The position numbers were made by a program, and so were the translations under genes. From NCBI RefSeq assembly GCF_006345805.1, contig NC_043018.1:28520001-28584000 (forward strand): a stretch of 64,000 bases of DNA, in the 5' to 3' direction. The notes beneath the pieces are model-generated. The model made no database searches. It was not told where the DNA came from and worked only from the letters and a program-made list of their open reading frames with translations. Position 1 is the stretch's first letter. Each line of letters starts with the position of its first letter. Source of the DNA: Octopus sinensis. Taxonomy: Eukaryota. Positions 12,098 through 24,960 of this stretch are shown here, piece after piece.

Positions 12098-12202
<105 letters not shown>

Positions 12203-12220
12203 CATATACACGTTCATATG

Positions 12221-12264
<44 letters not shown>

Positions 12265-12795
12265 TGTTTATATATATTTGTATATAAATTTGTGTGTACG
12301 CGTGTGTGTGAATGGAAATATATTTATATGTACACATACATATACAGACACATATATATAAACACACGTATATATATACACATATATATTCATATATAGC
12401 AAACAAACTGAGCTAATAGAACTGTCTAGATCTTTGTATGGAATGTTGATACATATGTATGTGTGACACATACACACATGTATATATGTGTATATATATG
12501 TGTATATGTTTATATATATAAATAAATATATATATATATGTATGTATGTATATTTATACATAGGATGAAATATAGTTTGTATATATTAATAAAACAATGT
12601 AGCCAGATGTTTGGAGAATAAAGTGCGTTTATTAATTCTTAGTTTCAAATATTTTCCATTTGAAGGAATTTATCGAGGAATCTCTTTGATTGCTTCCTTC
12701 GAATGGAAAAAAAGAGTTTAGAAGTTAAAGGTAATAAATAAAACATGTGTCCAATTTCTGATTAATTTTGTTTTATTGATTATAAGCAATCAGAA

Positions 12796-13030
12796 AGGTG
12801 CTGAACTGACAGAATCGTTTAAGACGCCGGACAAAATGCTGTGCAGTATTTTGTCCGTCCTTATGTTCTGTTTTCAAATATCACCGAGATCGACTTTCCT
12901 TTTCATCCTTTCGGAGTTGATAAGATAAGTACCAGTTGAGTACTTGGGCCGACGTAATCGATTCAACATTTCCCCAGTTATTGCTGGCCTATTCCCAAAA
13001 TTTGCAGCCAATATATACAACCAGTATTGA
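12796..13030 (+). mobile_element. tRNA-derived SINE with Deu/Nin-like domain (family B)
   Basis: tRNA-like head followed by cctttcatcctttcggagttgataagataagtaccag, which resembles the Deu/Nin domain. Confidence 0.75.
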
Positions 13031-13229
13031 TAATCTATACGTGTGCATAGATTGTCCGTACGGAGAAAGAAAATTTGGTGGTGAAAATGGGCCAATGTTT
13101 TGCAACAAGGTGTGACTGTTGTTGAATGAGCCAAGTTTAGAGGATCGTCCTATGTGTGGCTTTATGGGTAAATTAGCGCCTATTGGGGCGTATTAGCAGC
13201 AAAGCGTAAGTCAGCGAGCTGGTAGTATC

Positions 13230-13432
13230 ATTAGCCCCACAAGGGGCTAAACATAAAGGGGACAAAGAGGACAGACATAGGTATTAAGTCGATTACTGGT
13301 ACTTAATTTATAGACCCCGAAATGATGAAAGGCAAAGTCGACCTCGATGGAATTTGAACTCAGAACGTAACAGTAGACGAAATACGGTTACGCATTTCGC
13401 CCGACGTGCTAACGTTTCTGTCAGCTCGCCGA
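13230..13432 (-). mobile_element. SINE family B copy
   Basis: Reverse complement of the family B head, domain and tail. Confidence 0.75.
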
Positions 13433-13504
13433 CTTAAGTTCAAATGCCTTAACAGTCTAAATACAGTATAAATGCATTTCATACATTTGCCTTCGTATCA
13501 ATTA

Positions 13505-13737
13505 GCCTTCAAATGACGCCACCCCGCTGACTAAGCGAGCAGGCCAACAGAAGGAAGAGTGAGAGAAAGTTGCGAAAGAGTACAGCAGGGATCGCCCCCC
13601 CTCCCCATGCCGGAGGCACGTGGAGCTTTGGGTGTTTTCGCTCAATAAACACTCACAACGCCCGGTCTGGGAATCGAAACCGCGATCCTACGACTGCAAG
13701 TCCGCTGCTCTAACCACTGGGCCATTGCACCTCCATA
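13505..13737 (-). mobile_element. tRNA-derived SINE (family D; homolog at 56050-56370)
   Basis: Minus-strand head tggcccagtggttagagc (A box) ... ggtttcgattcc (B box); the body is shared with the 56.2-kb copy. Confidence 0.75.
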
Positions 13738-14198
13738 TATATATATATCTCTTATTATAAAAGGCAGATTTTATCTGCTTCCCTTTGTCAGTTATAGAAA
13801 TCTACAATATAGGATTTCTTCAATTACAATTTACTTAGCATTTTTAAGAGTAGAATGCATCGGGTTTTGCCAGGTCCACTTTTTAAAATTTAAACTCCAA
13901 TTAAGCAAAATTTACAGAAAACTCACATTCTGGTGTGTATGTCAAATGCTTTTCTTAATGTGTTTTACACCACACGCACACGCACACACACAGTGTGCAA
14001 CGAATAAAATGAAAGTAATTCACCTTTTGTAGTGAGTGACTCTTTCAGTCTGCCACTTCCTCTTTACACACATAGACACGCAAATATATAAATAAAATTG
14101 TAAGCTAACGTGCGTGTGTGTGAGTGTGTGTGTGCGTGTGTGTGTGTGAGGGTGCGTGTGTGTGTGTGTGTGTGCGTGCGTGTGCGTGAGTGTGTGAC

Positions 14199-15157
14199 AG
14201 GAAAGTATTTTAGGACGAATATAAGACCTATATCGGCGATGTTTCGCTTGTCGTAGCACATGTTTCCGTCGATTTCCGTAAAAAACTTTTATTTTTTACA
14301 TAAGTAATGAGAGCGAAAGAGACTAAGAGAAAGCGATTGTATGACGAGGGTTTCTTTTGAAGTTACCGTGCATGGGACGCATTGATGTACATGTGTGTGT
14401 GTGTGTGTTTGATGGAGTGTGGGAGACAGACAGTGTTGTGTAAGTAAGTGCTTCTGTTAGTGTGTGTGAAGAGACAGAGAGAGTAATGTGTGAAAGAGAG
14501 AGATAACTGACATTTTTTAACTCGTTTATGTGTATATGTATGTATGCATGTATGTGTTGGTGTGTGTGTATTGTATGTGTGTGTGTATGTATGTATGTAT
14601 GGCCGATTCAGTGTTTACATTTTTTACGGAAATCGACGGAAACGTGTGCTACGACAAGCGAAACATCGCCCCTATATCCAAGTAGCAGAAAGATCGCCCA
14701 AAAGTGTATATAGATATTTAAATGTATTGATATATTCATCTATACACAGATGTATGTATAATGTGTGTGTATATATTTCCATACACGTAACCATTCACTC
14801 CGCACAAAGTTTTTTAGGACGAAAATAAGATCTAAAGTTATCTCTAAGTAGCACAGAGATCGCCCAAAAGTGTATATAGATATATAAATGTATTTATATA
14901 TTCATCTATGCACACATGTATGTATAACGTGTGTGTATATATTTCCATAGAGGTAACCATTCACTCCATACAAAGTTTTTTAGCACGAAAATAAGATCTA
15001 AAGTTATCTCTAAGAAACAGAAAGATCGCCCAAAAGTGTATATAGATATTTAAATGTATTTATATATTCATCTATACACACATGTATGTATAATGTGCGT
15101 GTATATATTTCCATAGAGGTAACCATTCAATCCATACAAAGATTTTAGGACGAAAAT
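14199..15157. repeat. ~55-bp inverted repeat around a microsatellite spacer, followed by ~3 tandem 166-bp units
   Basis: 14230-14286 is the reverse complement of 14620-14672; gatcgcccaaaagtg at 14692, 14858 and 15024. Confidence 0.8.
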
Positions 15158-15158
15158 A

Positions 15159-15998
15159 TTTATATATAAAAGAAAGGTTGTGTGTCTGTCTACTCCGATT
15201 TAGATTCCTAACTACTCCCACATTTTGCGATGCAGTTTAACCAAAACCGGGTATCTTATAGTCGTGATTCATATCGAGCCCTTCTGGGTATTAGCGCGCG
15301 TCTACGATGAGTCTATGATTTTACAAATAATTTACCATCATTTTTTCCATTTTAATGCATATTTTTTAAAATAAACGGAAGTAACTCTCAAACTTCACAC
15401 CAATATGCGTGCTCATATGCGACGTAATATCACATCAGCAGCATTTTCTCACACCCTCCTTGCACTTGGCGAAGGCCAAATACCAGGGGATGAAAATGGT
15501 AATATTGCCATCGATTCCATTTGTACCATTGTTAAGACGCCTTCTGATCTCAGAGATGCAGTGTTCCCAGATCTACAAGCTAATTATCAGAATATGGATT
15601 GGATTGGCAAAAAGGCTATACTGGCCCCGAGGAATAAAACTGTTCACCATATTAATGATGAAATGCTAAAACTCATTCCTGGGGAAGTCTATGTATATCA
15701 GTCTGTCGATACAACTCCTGACCCGAGGACGTCATCAACTATCCAATAGAGGTACTCAATTCCTTTGAGCACCCCGGACTACCACCACACTTTCTCAAAC
15801 TTAAAGTTGGTGCCCCTATAATGCTCATCAGAAATTTGGTTCCCCAAAACATTCAATGGCACACGTTTGATCGTTAAGTCCTTATCTCCCCCGTAAGCTT
15901 ATATCAATATTTGCCTGAATAATCATCATAATTCAGTGCAATCATTAACAGTACTTTCAAGCAATTCAGCCCCGAGCAACGCCGGGCAATTCTGCTAG
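15159..15998 (+). mobile_element. Internally deleted Helitron with a PIF1-like helicase fragment
   Basis: Helicase motifs (AILAPRNKTV..IN, VDT, GLPPH.LKLKVGAPIMLIRNL, NGTRLIV) at 15405-15895; 3' hairpin cccg-agcaacgc-cggg followed by CTAG (15995-98) and T; AT-rich 5' end t(t)tatatataaaag. Confidence 0.85.
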
Positions 15999-16040
<42 letters not shown>

Positions 16041-16042
<2 letters not shown>

Positions 16043-16758
16043 CAAATTGAGGAACGGCTATAATAGGCCGTTCGACCCACTAGAAAAGCAGCCAGGGCTT
16101 CAAACGCAATAGTAGTAATTCCGAAGCCCTGGCTGCTTTTTCTAGTGGGTCGAACGGCCTATTATAGCCGTTCCTCAATTTGTTGTTGAATTTATTAATA
16201 GTCTCTGACTATTTCCTTTTTCTCACTAGACCGCTGGTGGCACAATAATTTCTATTGAATTTTTTGCTACCCTAATATTGATTAATTGATAATTTTGTGA
16301 TTAATTCCGAAATTGAATCGGCAGCTTATATTTGCTGCCGATAAATTGGCGCGAGTACGTTGATTTTGAAAATTTTAGGTCAGATATTGCCGAGGCATTA
16401 AGGCAGCTGCTTCGTGTAATTTCTCTCCCTCCTGTCTCCTTTACTGATGAATTGCGTTGGCCTTTGGAAGATTGACTTGATTTAATTTAATCAGGCTGGT
16501 TTACCATTAAAAAACACTGAAACAATGCATTGTCTAAAGATGAACAGGGTAAATGTTTTTCAATTTTTCCTCTGTTTCCGGAATTACTACTATTTGCGGT
16601 TGAAGCCCTGCTGCTTTTTCTAGTCGGTCGAACGGCCTATTATAGCCGTTCCTCAATTTGTTGTTGAATTTATTAATAATCTCTGACTATTTCCTTTTTC
16701 TCACTAGACCGCTGGTGGCAAAATAGTTTCTATTGAATTTTTTGCTACCCTAATATTG

Positions 16759-16761
<3 letters not shown>
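16041..16761. mobile_element. Retrozyme-like array, subfamily B: 83-bp inverted 5' piece plus ~1.3 units on the plus strand
   Basis: Homologous to 1011-2719; inversion junction at 16123/16124; (TA)n on both sides. Confidence 0.85.
16439..16539 (+). ncRNA. Type I hammerhead ribozyme, subfamily B
   Basis: cttta-CTGATGA-...-GAAA(16519-22)-caatgcattg (perfect palindrome)-TC/taaag; predicted GUC cleavage after 16534. The base of stem II is weak. Confidence 0.75.
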
Positions 16762-16800
<39 letters not shown>

Positions 16801-16804
<4 letters not shown>

Positions 16805-17556
16805 CAATAATAGGGTAGCAAAAAATTCAGAATTTATTTGCCACCAGCGGCCTAGTGGGGAAAAGGAAATAGTCAGAGACTGTTAATAAATCAACAGCAA
16901 AATTAAGGAACGGCCATAATAGGCCGTTCAACCCACTAGAAATAGCAGCCAAGGCTTCAACCGCAAAAAAGTATTAATTCCGTAAACAAGGAGAAAATTT
17001 TAAAAAAAAACATTTACCCTGTTATACTTTATACAATGCATCGTTTCATCAATTTTTTAATGGTAAATCAGCCTGATTAAATTAAATCAAGCTAATCTTC
17101 CATAAGCCAACAGATTCATCAGTAAAGTAGGCCAGACGGGAGAGATATTTTCACGAGGCAGCACCACTACTGCCTCAACTATATCTAACCTAAAAATTTT
17201 CAAATCATCGTACTCGCGCCAAATTTATGGGCAGCAAATATAAGCTGCCGATTCCATTTCGGAATTAAACAGAAAATTCATAATTAATCAATATAGGGTA
17301 GCAAAAAATTCAGAAATTATTTGCCACCAGCGGTCTAGTGGGAAAAAGGAAATAGTCAGAGACTATTAATAAATTCAACAGCAGAATTAAGAAACGGCCA
17401 TAATAGGCCGTTCAACCCACTAGAAATAGCAGCCAAGGCTTCAACCGCAAAAAAGTATTAATTCCGTAAGCCAGGAGAAAATTTAGAAAAAAAATTTACC
17501 CTGTTATACTTTATACAATGCATCGTTTCATCTATTTTTTAATGGTAAATCAGCCT
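16801..17556 (-). mobile_element. Retrozyme-like array, subfamily C: ~1.6 units, sense on the minus strand
   Basis: agggtagcaaaaaatt at 16812 and 17295 (period 483); homologous to subfamilies A and B; (TA)n flanks. Confidence 0.85.
17025..17129 (-). ncRNA. Type I hammerhead ribozyme, subfamily C
   Basis: Minus strand: tacttta-CTGATGA-atc...gat-GAAA-cgatgcattg-TA/taaagta, with a 7-bp stem I. Confidence 0.85.
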
Positions 17557-19194
17557 AATATATATATATATCCTCTTCCACGTAAGTTTTATCTTAATAA
17601 TTATGATGCGCAATCTTAACCTTACTGTCTCTATTTTTCTAACATTGCTGCCCCCTCTCGCTCATTCTTCATTTTTTCTGGTTTTCTCTACCATTCTCTC
17701 CCTTTCACCGTTCCCTTTCTCTTACTCCTCCTCCACATTCTCCTCCCTCTCGTCACTGCCCCCCTCTCTCTCATTCTTCATTCTTTCTGTTTTTGTCTAC
17801 CATTCTCTCCCATTCACCGTTCCCTTTCTCTTACTACTCCTCCTCCTCCTCCTCCTCCCTCTCGTTGCTGACATGTGAGCAGAGTCCTGTCTTTCTGACC
17901 ACACCCTTCAACGAGTATAGACGGCATCCTATCCCTTTCTTATGTCGTTGTTGTCACGCGTTCAAAATAATTTTTCTTTCGTTCGGCTTAACGTCCATAT
18001 TACTGTTATTCTACTTGACCTGTCGTTTACTGTTTTTATTTTTATTCGTACTTTTACTGTCTTGTATTCTTTTTACAGTCCTGTTTTTGTTACCACTTTT
18101 ACCCCTCCGCAAAAAATCTCAAATTTTATTTAATTTGATTTGCGGGAAGGACCGTTTCACCAAAGTCGTGTCTCGCCTTTACCTTCGAAACGCGGAGTAG
18201 ACGAAACAGAGGAGGCTGAAGAAGGGGAATTTTCCTTGTGTTGTATGTCCTGTACCCTGTTTTTTCGTTGTTTTAAAAAATGTCCGTTTCCATGTTCTGT
18301 TTTTATGTTTTCGTTTCTCATTGTGTTCGGCGTTTTTTTGGTGTCCTGTACCTATATATGGATGTATATATACATATAGATGTAGGTCGGTACATATATG
18401 TATGTATATATGCATATGTTTCATTTATTATTTTGTTATATATATATTAAATGGCGGAATCAAGCGATGAAGGAAGAAGTAAAGATACAGAAAGAGAGAG
18501 AAAGAGAGAAAGAAAGAAAGAAGAAAGAAAGAAAGAAAGAGAGAAAGAAAGAAAGAAAGAGAGAAAGAAAGAAAGAAAGAAAGAAAGATCGTGTTCATGG
18601 GAATTAAAATTAATAAAAATATTCATACGTGTGTATTTCATATCATAACAGGATTGTTGTTGAATAAGAAAACAGTAAAGAACCAGCTGTTTCTTTTACG
18701 TTATTCGTCTCTCTAATTCCCCCAGAGACTTTTTAGACCTCTGCATCTGTTACTACACTTAATGACAGAAAACAGTCCTCTATCATTACGTATGTTTACT
18801 AATTATGCTCGTTAATTACATCTCAAATATTAATTCCGGTAATAATTCAACCACAAAATTAAGTATTCCATAAAGAAAAAAAAAACATTGTAAAAATCAT
18901 TAAAATATATTTTCTGTTTTTTTTAATTTTTATTTTGTTTCTTTTGTTCTTAATGCTCTTCGTGATAATGGTCGACAGACGAAAGTTTCTGACACAATTT
19001 GGTGAATTTCTATTCGATAAATAGTTGGTTCGTATCATGTTAAAAGTAGCTATTATTTGTTGTCGATGAAAGAAATATGCATTTTCTCTCGTGGAAATTA
19101 AGGCTATTTGAAGTTAAATCCAGGAATAATTTGAAAGAAATTTTTTGTAATGTGCGTGAATAGATAAGTAAGATGCTGGTTTTTTACGTATGTT

Positions 19195-20165
19195 TGAACG
19201 AGTGTCTGTGCTTGAGTGTTGTGTGTGTGTGGAGTGTGTTTCTTTACTTGAGTGGTGCGTGTCCGTGATTGAGTGTCTGTATGCGTTTCAGTGCGTGTCC
19301 TTGCTTGAGTGTCTTTGAATGTTTGAGTGCGTGTCCGTGTTTGACTGTCCGTGTGTGTTTGAGTGTGTGTTCGAGCTTGAGCATCCGTGTGTGTTTGAGT
19401 GTGTGTTCGTGGCTGAGTGTCAGTGAGTGTTTGAATGCGTGTCCGTACTTGAGTGTCTGTGTGTGTTGAGTGCGTGTTCTTACTTCAGTGTCTGTGTGCG
19501 TTTGAGTGTGTGTTCGTGCTTGCATGTTCGTATGTGTTTGAGCGTGTTGAGTCCGTATGCGCGCTTGTGTATTTGTGTCTGGTTGCGTGCGAGTCTCTAC
19601 TTGAGTGTCTGTGTGTCTTTGAGTGCGTGTCTGTGCTTGAGTCTCAGTGTGTGTTTGAGAGCGTGTTCCTGCGTGAGTGTCAGTGTGTGTTTGAGTGCGG
19701 GTCCGTGCTTGAATGTCTGTGTGAGTTTGAGTGCATGTTCGTGCTCGAGTGCCTGTGTGTGTTTGAGTGTCTGTGTACCTTTGAGTGCATGCTCGCGCTC
19801 GAGTGTATGTGTGTGTTTGAGTGTCTGTGTGCCTTTGAGTGCCTGTTCGCGCTCGAGTGTCTGTGTGTGTTTGAGTGCGTGTTCGTGCTTGAGTGTCTGT
19901 GTGCGTTTAATTGCATGTTCGTGATCGAGTGTCACTGTGTGATTCAGTGCGTGTTGTGCTTGAGTATTGGTGTGCGTTTGAGTGTGTTCGTGTTGCATGT
20001 GTATGTGTGTGTGTGCGTGTTGAGTGCGTGTGCGCGCTTGTGTATTTTTGTCGGGTTGTGTGCGTGTCACTATTTGAGTGTCAGTGTGCTTTGAGTGTGT
20101 GTCCGTGCTTGTGTGTCTGTGTGTGTTATTGAGTGCGTGTCCATGCTTGAGTGTCTATATGCGTT
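19195..20165. repeat. Degenerate ~36-bp GT-rich minisatellite
   Basis: Repeats of about gtgtgtttgagtgcgtgttcgtgcttgagtgtct, which generate spurious 12-aa periodic ORFs. Confidence 0.85.
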
Positions 20166-20469
20166 TTGCTTGTTTATGAATGAGCATTCAACTACAACCT
20201 TCGTGGTAAACGTGTTAGGCGCTTTCAGTTTTTTTGTAGAGTCGTTGATTTGTAAGGAAGAGGAGGAAAATCAGACACATAACTGTCAAGTTTGTAGATG
20301 ATTAGTAACCATGTACATTTTCAAATCCTCTGAGAGTTTTCGAAGGACGAGTCAGTGCAAATAAACTGTTTCATGACCTATGATACAATTTAATGAAAGA
20401 ATGAAAACATACTCCGATCAAAACCCTTTTCCAAATGCTTGCAACTGAGTAGCCTTCACAGAAGGCAAG

Positions 20470-20785
20470 TACATGGCAGAAACAGAAACAGGCCCTGCAG
20501 CAGGTTTTTCACACATATTTTCTCAACCAAGTGCCCGTCAAAAACTTTGGCCTCCCCTAGCTAATCATGAAGCAAAGAAAACCGCACAGTTCTTAGGGGA
20601 ATATTTTGCCAAAGAAGCCATATCTGCACACAAGACACTACCAGGTTGAACAACTGTGTTGTTTGAACTTCTATTTCTCTATGACATAATTACTTGGGAG
20701 GGCTAAAGTTTTTCGAGGGGTACTTGGTTGACAAAATCTACATGAAATATCTGATGGAAGGCCTGTTTCTGTTTCTGCCTTGTAT
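20470..20785. repeat. Fold-back/MITE-like inverted repeat with ~88-bp arms
   Basis: The arm tacatggcagaaacagaaacaggcc...actttggcctccc matches the reverse complement of 20697-20785 with scattered mismatches. Confidence 0.7.
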
Positions 20786-22581
20786 AACTCCTGTGTAACA
20801 AACCATCACACAAAATTCTTTGGCTTTCCCAAATAATTGTGACAGCAAAGAATAAAAATTGAAGCCAGACAGTTACTAAAGGAATTCGTTAACCGCCCCA
20901 CATTCCATCGGAGCCAAAGATGCGTACAAAATTTTTCCAGATTTCATTCCCATCCTGCCTCTGGTTGGGGTCCTTCGACATGTCTTCACTTTCTTCCTCA
21001 AAAGACATTGATTTTTTCCCCTATTAAATATGATACCGAAGAATAGAAATTCGAGTCACATGATTTGTAACCCACGGGTCCAAAGCAGCTTACAAAATAT
21101 TTACATATTTGTTTCCTCATCCCACGTCTGCCCGGGGTCCACCAACATGGTTCTTTGTAACATTAGACACCCCAAAGTCATTGATTGGATTTTTTCCAAC
21201 TAAGTAATAACGCCGAGGATCAGGAATAGAATTTAGAGCGACTTGGTTGTGAAGAGAGTTTACTACACATGGACTCAAACATTACTGCAAATAAGGTATT
21301 ACCAAATTTCTTGGGCTTACCGGAAGGTTATTCGTATAGTTTCTTTGTAAAATGCACCATTCAAAAGACTTTGTTCATCTCAACTAATTATGCCACAGAA
21401 GAAAAGAATTTCTAAACACATGGTTGCTAAGAGAATTTGTTATACACAGAACTAAAACTGCAAACCAAGACATTACAAGATTCGATCCCTTATTCGACAC
21501 GATGAAAATCCAACCCTTAAATATATTGCTGTATATTGGCTTCCCTTTCAACTGATAGCTCGATTAAAAAATATATTATCTTTGTATTTTTTCTTATATA
21601 ATCGAGATAAGAGTTGCTCCAATCGATTTCCAAATGATCGATTAATTTGCAAAAGTTGAAATACTGATGTGTGTGTGTATATAAATATATATATATATAT
21701 ATATACAAATATATATCTGTGTGTGTATATATGTGTATATATATATATATAATATATATATATATATTATATATATATATATAATATATATATATATACA
21801 TGCATACATTTTTTATTCCTGAAGAAGGAACATTATATATTAATATATTAACAATATAGTCACCACACAAGATAATAGATCACTACTTTCATTTCATATA
21901 TTATCAAATATTCAATCTCCATTAAATTGATTCCAATAACGTTTGTACGAAAATAAAATAACAAACAATTATATCATTTATTAGTAATTATGTATCAAGG
22001 ATCAAGGGAAAAATCGATCATCATTGATCTTTTGTATCGTTAATTGCAAACATTCATTAATGTCGTATTGTATTGATAAGGAGTATAATGTTACATTGTT
22101 ATATAGAAACACACCACAATGCCATTGTTTCCCTTGCAGGTTCCCATACAGCACGACGCTGCTATAGCGTGTACGTGTATGCGTATGTATGTATATATGG
22201 TTGTATGTATGCGTGTTCGTGTGTGTGTGAATATTTTTGTGGTGAATATTTTTGTGTGTGTTAGGATACAAAACTATTTCATTTCGTTTTGCGCGGTATT
22301 ATGCATTGCAATGATATGAATCAGCGAATAGATACATTTCATAAATGTAGCGTTAAAATGGCTAACAAATGTTTATAGTGTGTGTGTGTTTGTGCGTATG
22401 TGTGTGCGTGGTGTGTGTGTGTGTGGTGTGTGTGTGTGCATATATTCACATACATACACATACATACATATATGAGTCTGCTTTTATAAACTTATACCTT
22501 TGTATATACTTACACACAAACGCCTACACATTCTCTCATATTCACTGATTCCCTCTCTCCGTCTCTGTCTCTTTCTTTCTC

Positions 22582-22614
<33 letters not shown>

Positions 22615-22799
22615 GTCACTCTCTCTCTCATAAACACATTCACACACATATGTCTTCCGAGCCAGTTTCCTTTTTTACTCCCTCTGTAATGTTTATAAAT
22701 TGATTACTCGCTCTCCCTCAACTGCCAATCCAAATATACTATATAGTTAAACGAAATAGATACAAGAAAAAATAAAGCTGTCCCTGTTTTTTCTCCACC

Positions 22800-24520
22800 C
22801 ATTATTCCTAGGAGAGTCATGGAAATAGAATCCTCAAGCCCCTCCTATATTGGGTCTTGTCAAAAGCAACCATAATTACTCTTTCCGGATGGACCTCACA
22901 TGGGTCTAACTAGGACTACAGATATTATAAAACCATCTCATTCTCATTCTATCTCTAGGCCTCCTGCTCATTGGCTTCACTTGAAGAAACCGTCTTTGGG
23001 TTCTTTCCAGGGACATTCTGCTCACATGTCCGTAGTACTGGAGTTGTGTTCTCACAATGCAGAGAAGTCTCGGCTCGACCTAGAGATACTCCATGATCTC
23101 CGAGCTGGTTCATAGTTCAAAGATCAGGTAACGTTGATCGGGTAATGTTGCCCCAGAGATATTTCCGAGTAACTCCATTTCGGCCGCTTATAAGATCTTC
23201 GCAATCCTGTTCCTTCGTTCATTTCTTAACATTAATAACCATATTTGATGATGGGCACGAAAACGGATTTTTGGGGTTTTGTTTTACCAATTTCTCCTTT
23301 TCTGAGGTTGAAATGCTGGAAGTTGCACGTTATTCTACCACCACCTGCAATTCTCGCATCCATTTTTGCCTCTTGCCTCCCATCACTCGTATATGCGTTC
23401 TCAAATTACTTAAACTGTTCCACTTGCCTTAGTGAAGTTCCCCTCATATACAGAGTGCACTTTGAAAACTTTCTCTAGGAGAGCAACGTTCCAGTCTTCA
23501 CAACACTAGTTCTTAACTATGCTTGCAGCACGCGACAATTAATGTATGCTGGAGATTACCTACTGATGAACCAAGCTGCACTATCTCATCTGTAAATATC
23601 AGCCGACTGGTCCTACACACACCAATTGTTATACCACGACGCATGTCAATCTAGTTTACTCTTTTACTCTTTTACTTGTTTCAGTCATTTGACTGCGGCC
23701 ATGCTGGGGCACCGCCTTTAGTCGAGCAAATCGACCCTGGGACTTATTCTTTGTAAGCCCAGTACTTATTCTATCGTTCTCTTTTGCCGAACTGCTAAGT
23801 GACGGGGACGTAAACACAACAGCATCGGTTGTCAAGCAATGCTAGGGGGACAAACATACACACACATACATATATATATACGTATATACGACAGGCTTCT
23901 TTCAGTTTACGTCTACCAAATCCACTCACAAGGCATTGGTCGGCCCGGGGCTATAGCAGAAGACACTTGCCCAAGATGCCACGCAGTGGAACTGAACCCG
24001 GAACCATGTGGTTGTTAAGCAAGCTACTTACACACAGCCACTCATGCGCCTGTTTATTAAAGTTATGAAAAGGAAAGTCCAGCACTCATTTTGAAAGGGT
24101 TCGTTTGAATACTTTTCACCCGAGCACAAACATCTGAGTATTCCTATAGGGACTTTACGGCAACCAGATGTCCATGTATCTCAAATTCCTGCATGTTCCA
24201 TCGTATGGGGCCATGTGCATTTTCGGGTGTTCAAAGTTAGCGTGCTTCCCCTTCTGACGATTTTTTGGAGACCTACAGTAGAGAAACTATTTGGCCGATT
24301 GTGCTGCGACAAATTCAGAAGTTTCCCTGATCTCCAACCAACTTGGGTTTCACAATTTCCGTACATCCCTTTCCTAGACACCTAGAGTAGCGTTCACTGA
24401 GGAGGTTCTGCAAGGAGATTCATCTATAATGACAACACTCTTTCCTTGACCCCTTGTTAAAAAATTGTGATTATCACTCCGAATTGCCACTGCTTTGCTT
24501 TCTTTCCCTTTATCCTTCAA
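22800..24520 (-). mobile_element. Degenerate RTE-clade LINE RT fragment interrupted by a SINE
   Basis: Minus-strand remnants of WQ.GVI..IF..G, HL.AVKSLY, L.F.D.IV, SVFVPI..YG and YGHVSRM. The family A SINE at 23656-24052 splits it. Confidence 0.75.
23656..24052 (-). mobile_element. CORE-type SINE family A, full length
   Basis: Near-identical to 6790-7210. Confidence 0.85.
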
Positions 24521-24559
24521 TCTAATTCATTTGACCCTTGTAAAAGAAAGAGAGATATA

Positions 24560-24960
24560 CATAGTGACCAAAACTATCGTTGAAATCAATTCCAATATTA
24601 GAGTCGATTTGAGACATCTGATGGAACTGCAGTAATGCAATTAAAAGATTCTGTCTTCAGAATTATCCAGTTTGATATCGTGAATATATTTGCTTCCATA
24701 TTAGCATCTCTTCTCCTGAACGGCCCCAATATCGAAATAGCTATGAACTCAAGACGCCAAAAAGATGGTGACCAATACCCACAGATCTCTAGGGGGAGCT
24801 AAGATGAGGCTGAGGTGGAAGATCTTTTTGGACAATTTATCCTAGATAACTTCAAGGAGTGCAGATTCCACAATATTCCGTGCTTACACAGCGATGATGG
24901 ACTCGCAATTTCAAGACATATACGGCCAGGCAATGGATAGATTTCGAAATATGTTCAATT
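24560..24960 (+). pseudogene. Highly degenerate PLE-type RT fragment
   Basis: Remnants IQFDIVN...SI, G..D.AEV and L.SDDGLAI, matching the FIQFDI/GAEV/YRDDGL type of PLE RT. Confidence 0.55.

Noticed and set aside
13660-13737. tRNA-like sequences at SINE heads (also 39865, 43461, 51324, 60960)
   Set aside because: They are A/B-box heads fused to SINE bodies without a full cloverleaf, so they are not tRNA genes.
19427-20132. Cys- or His-rich periodic ORFs up to 213 aa
   Set aside because: They are produced in several frames on both strands by a 36-bp minisatellite.
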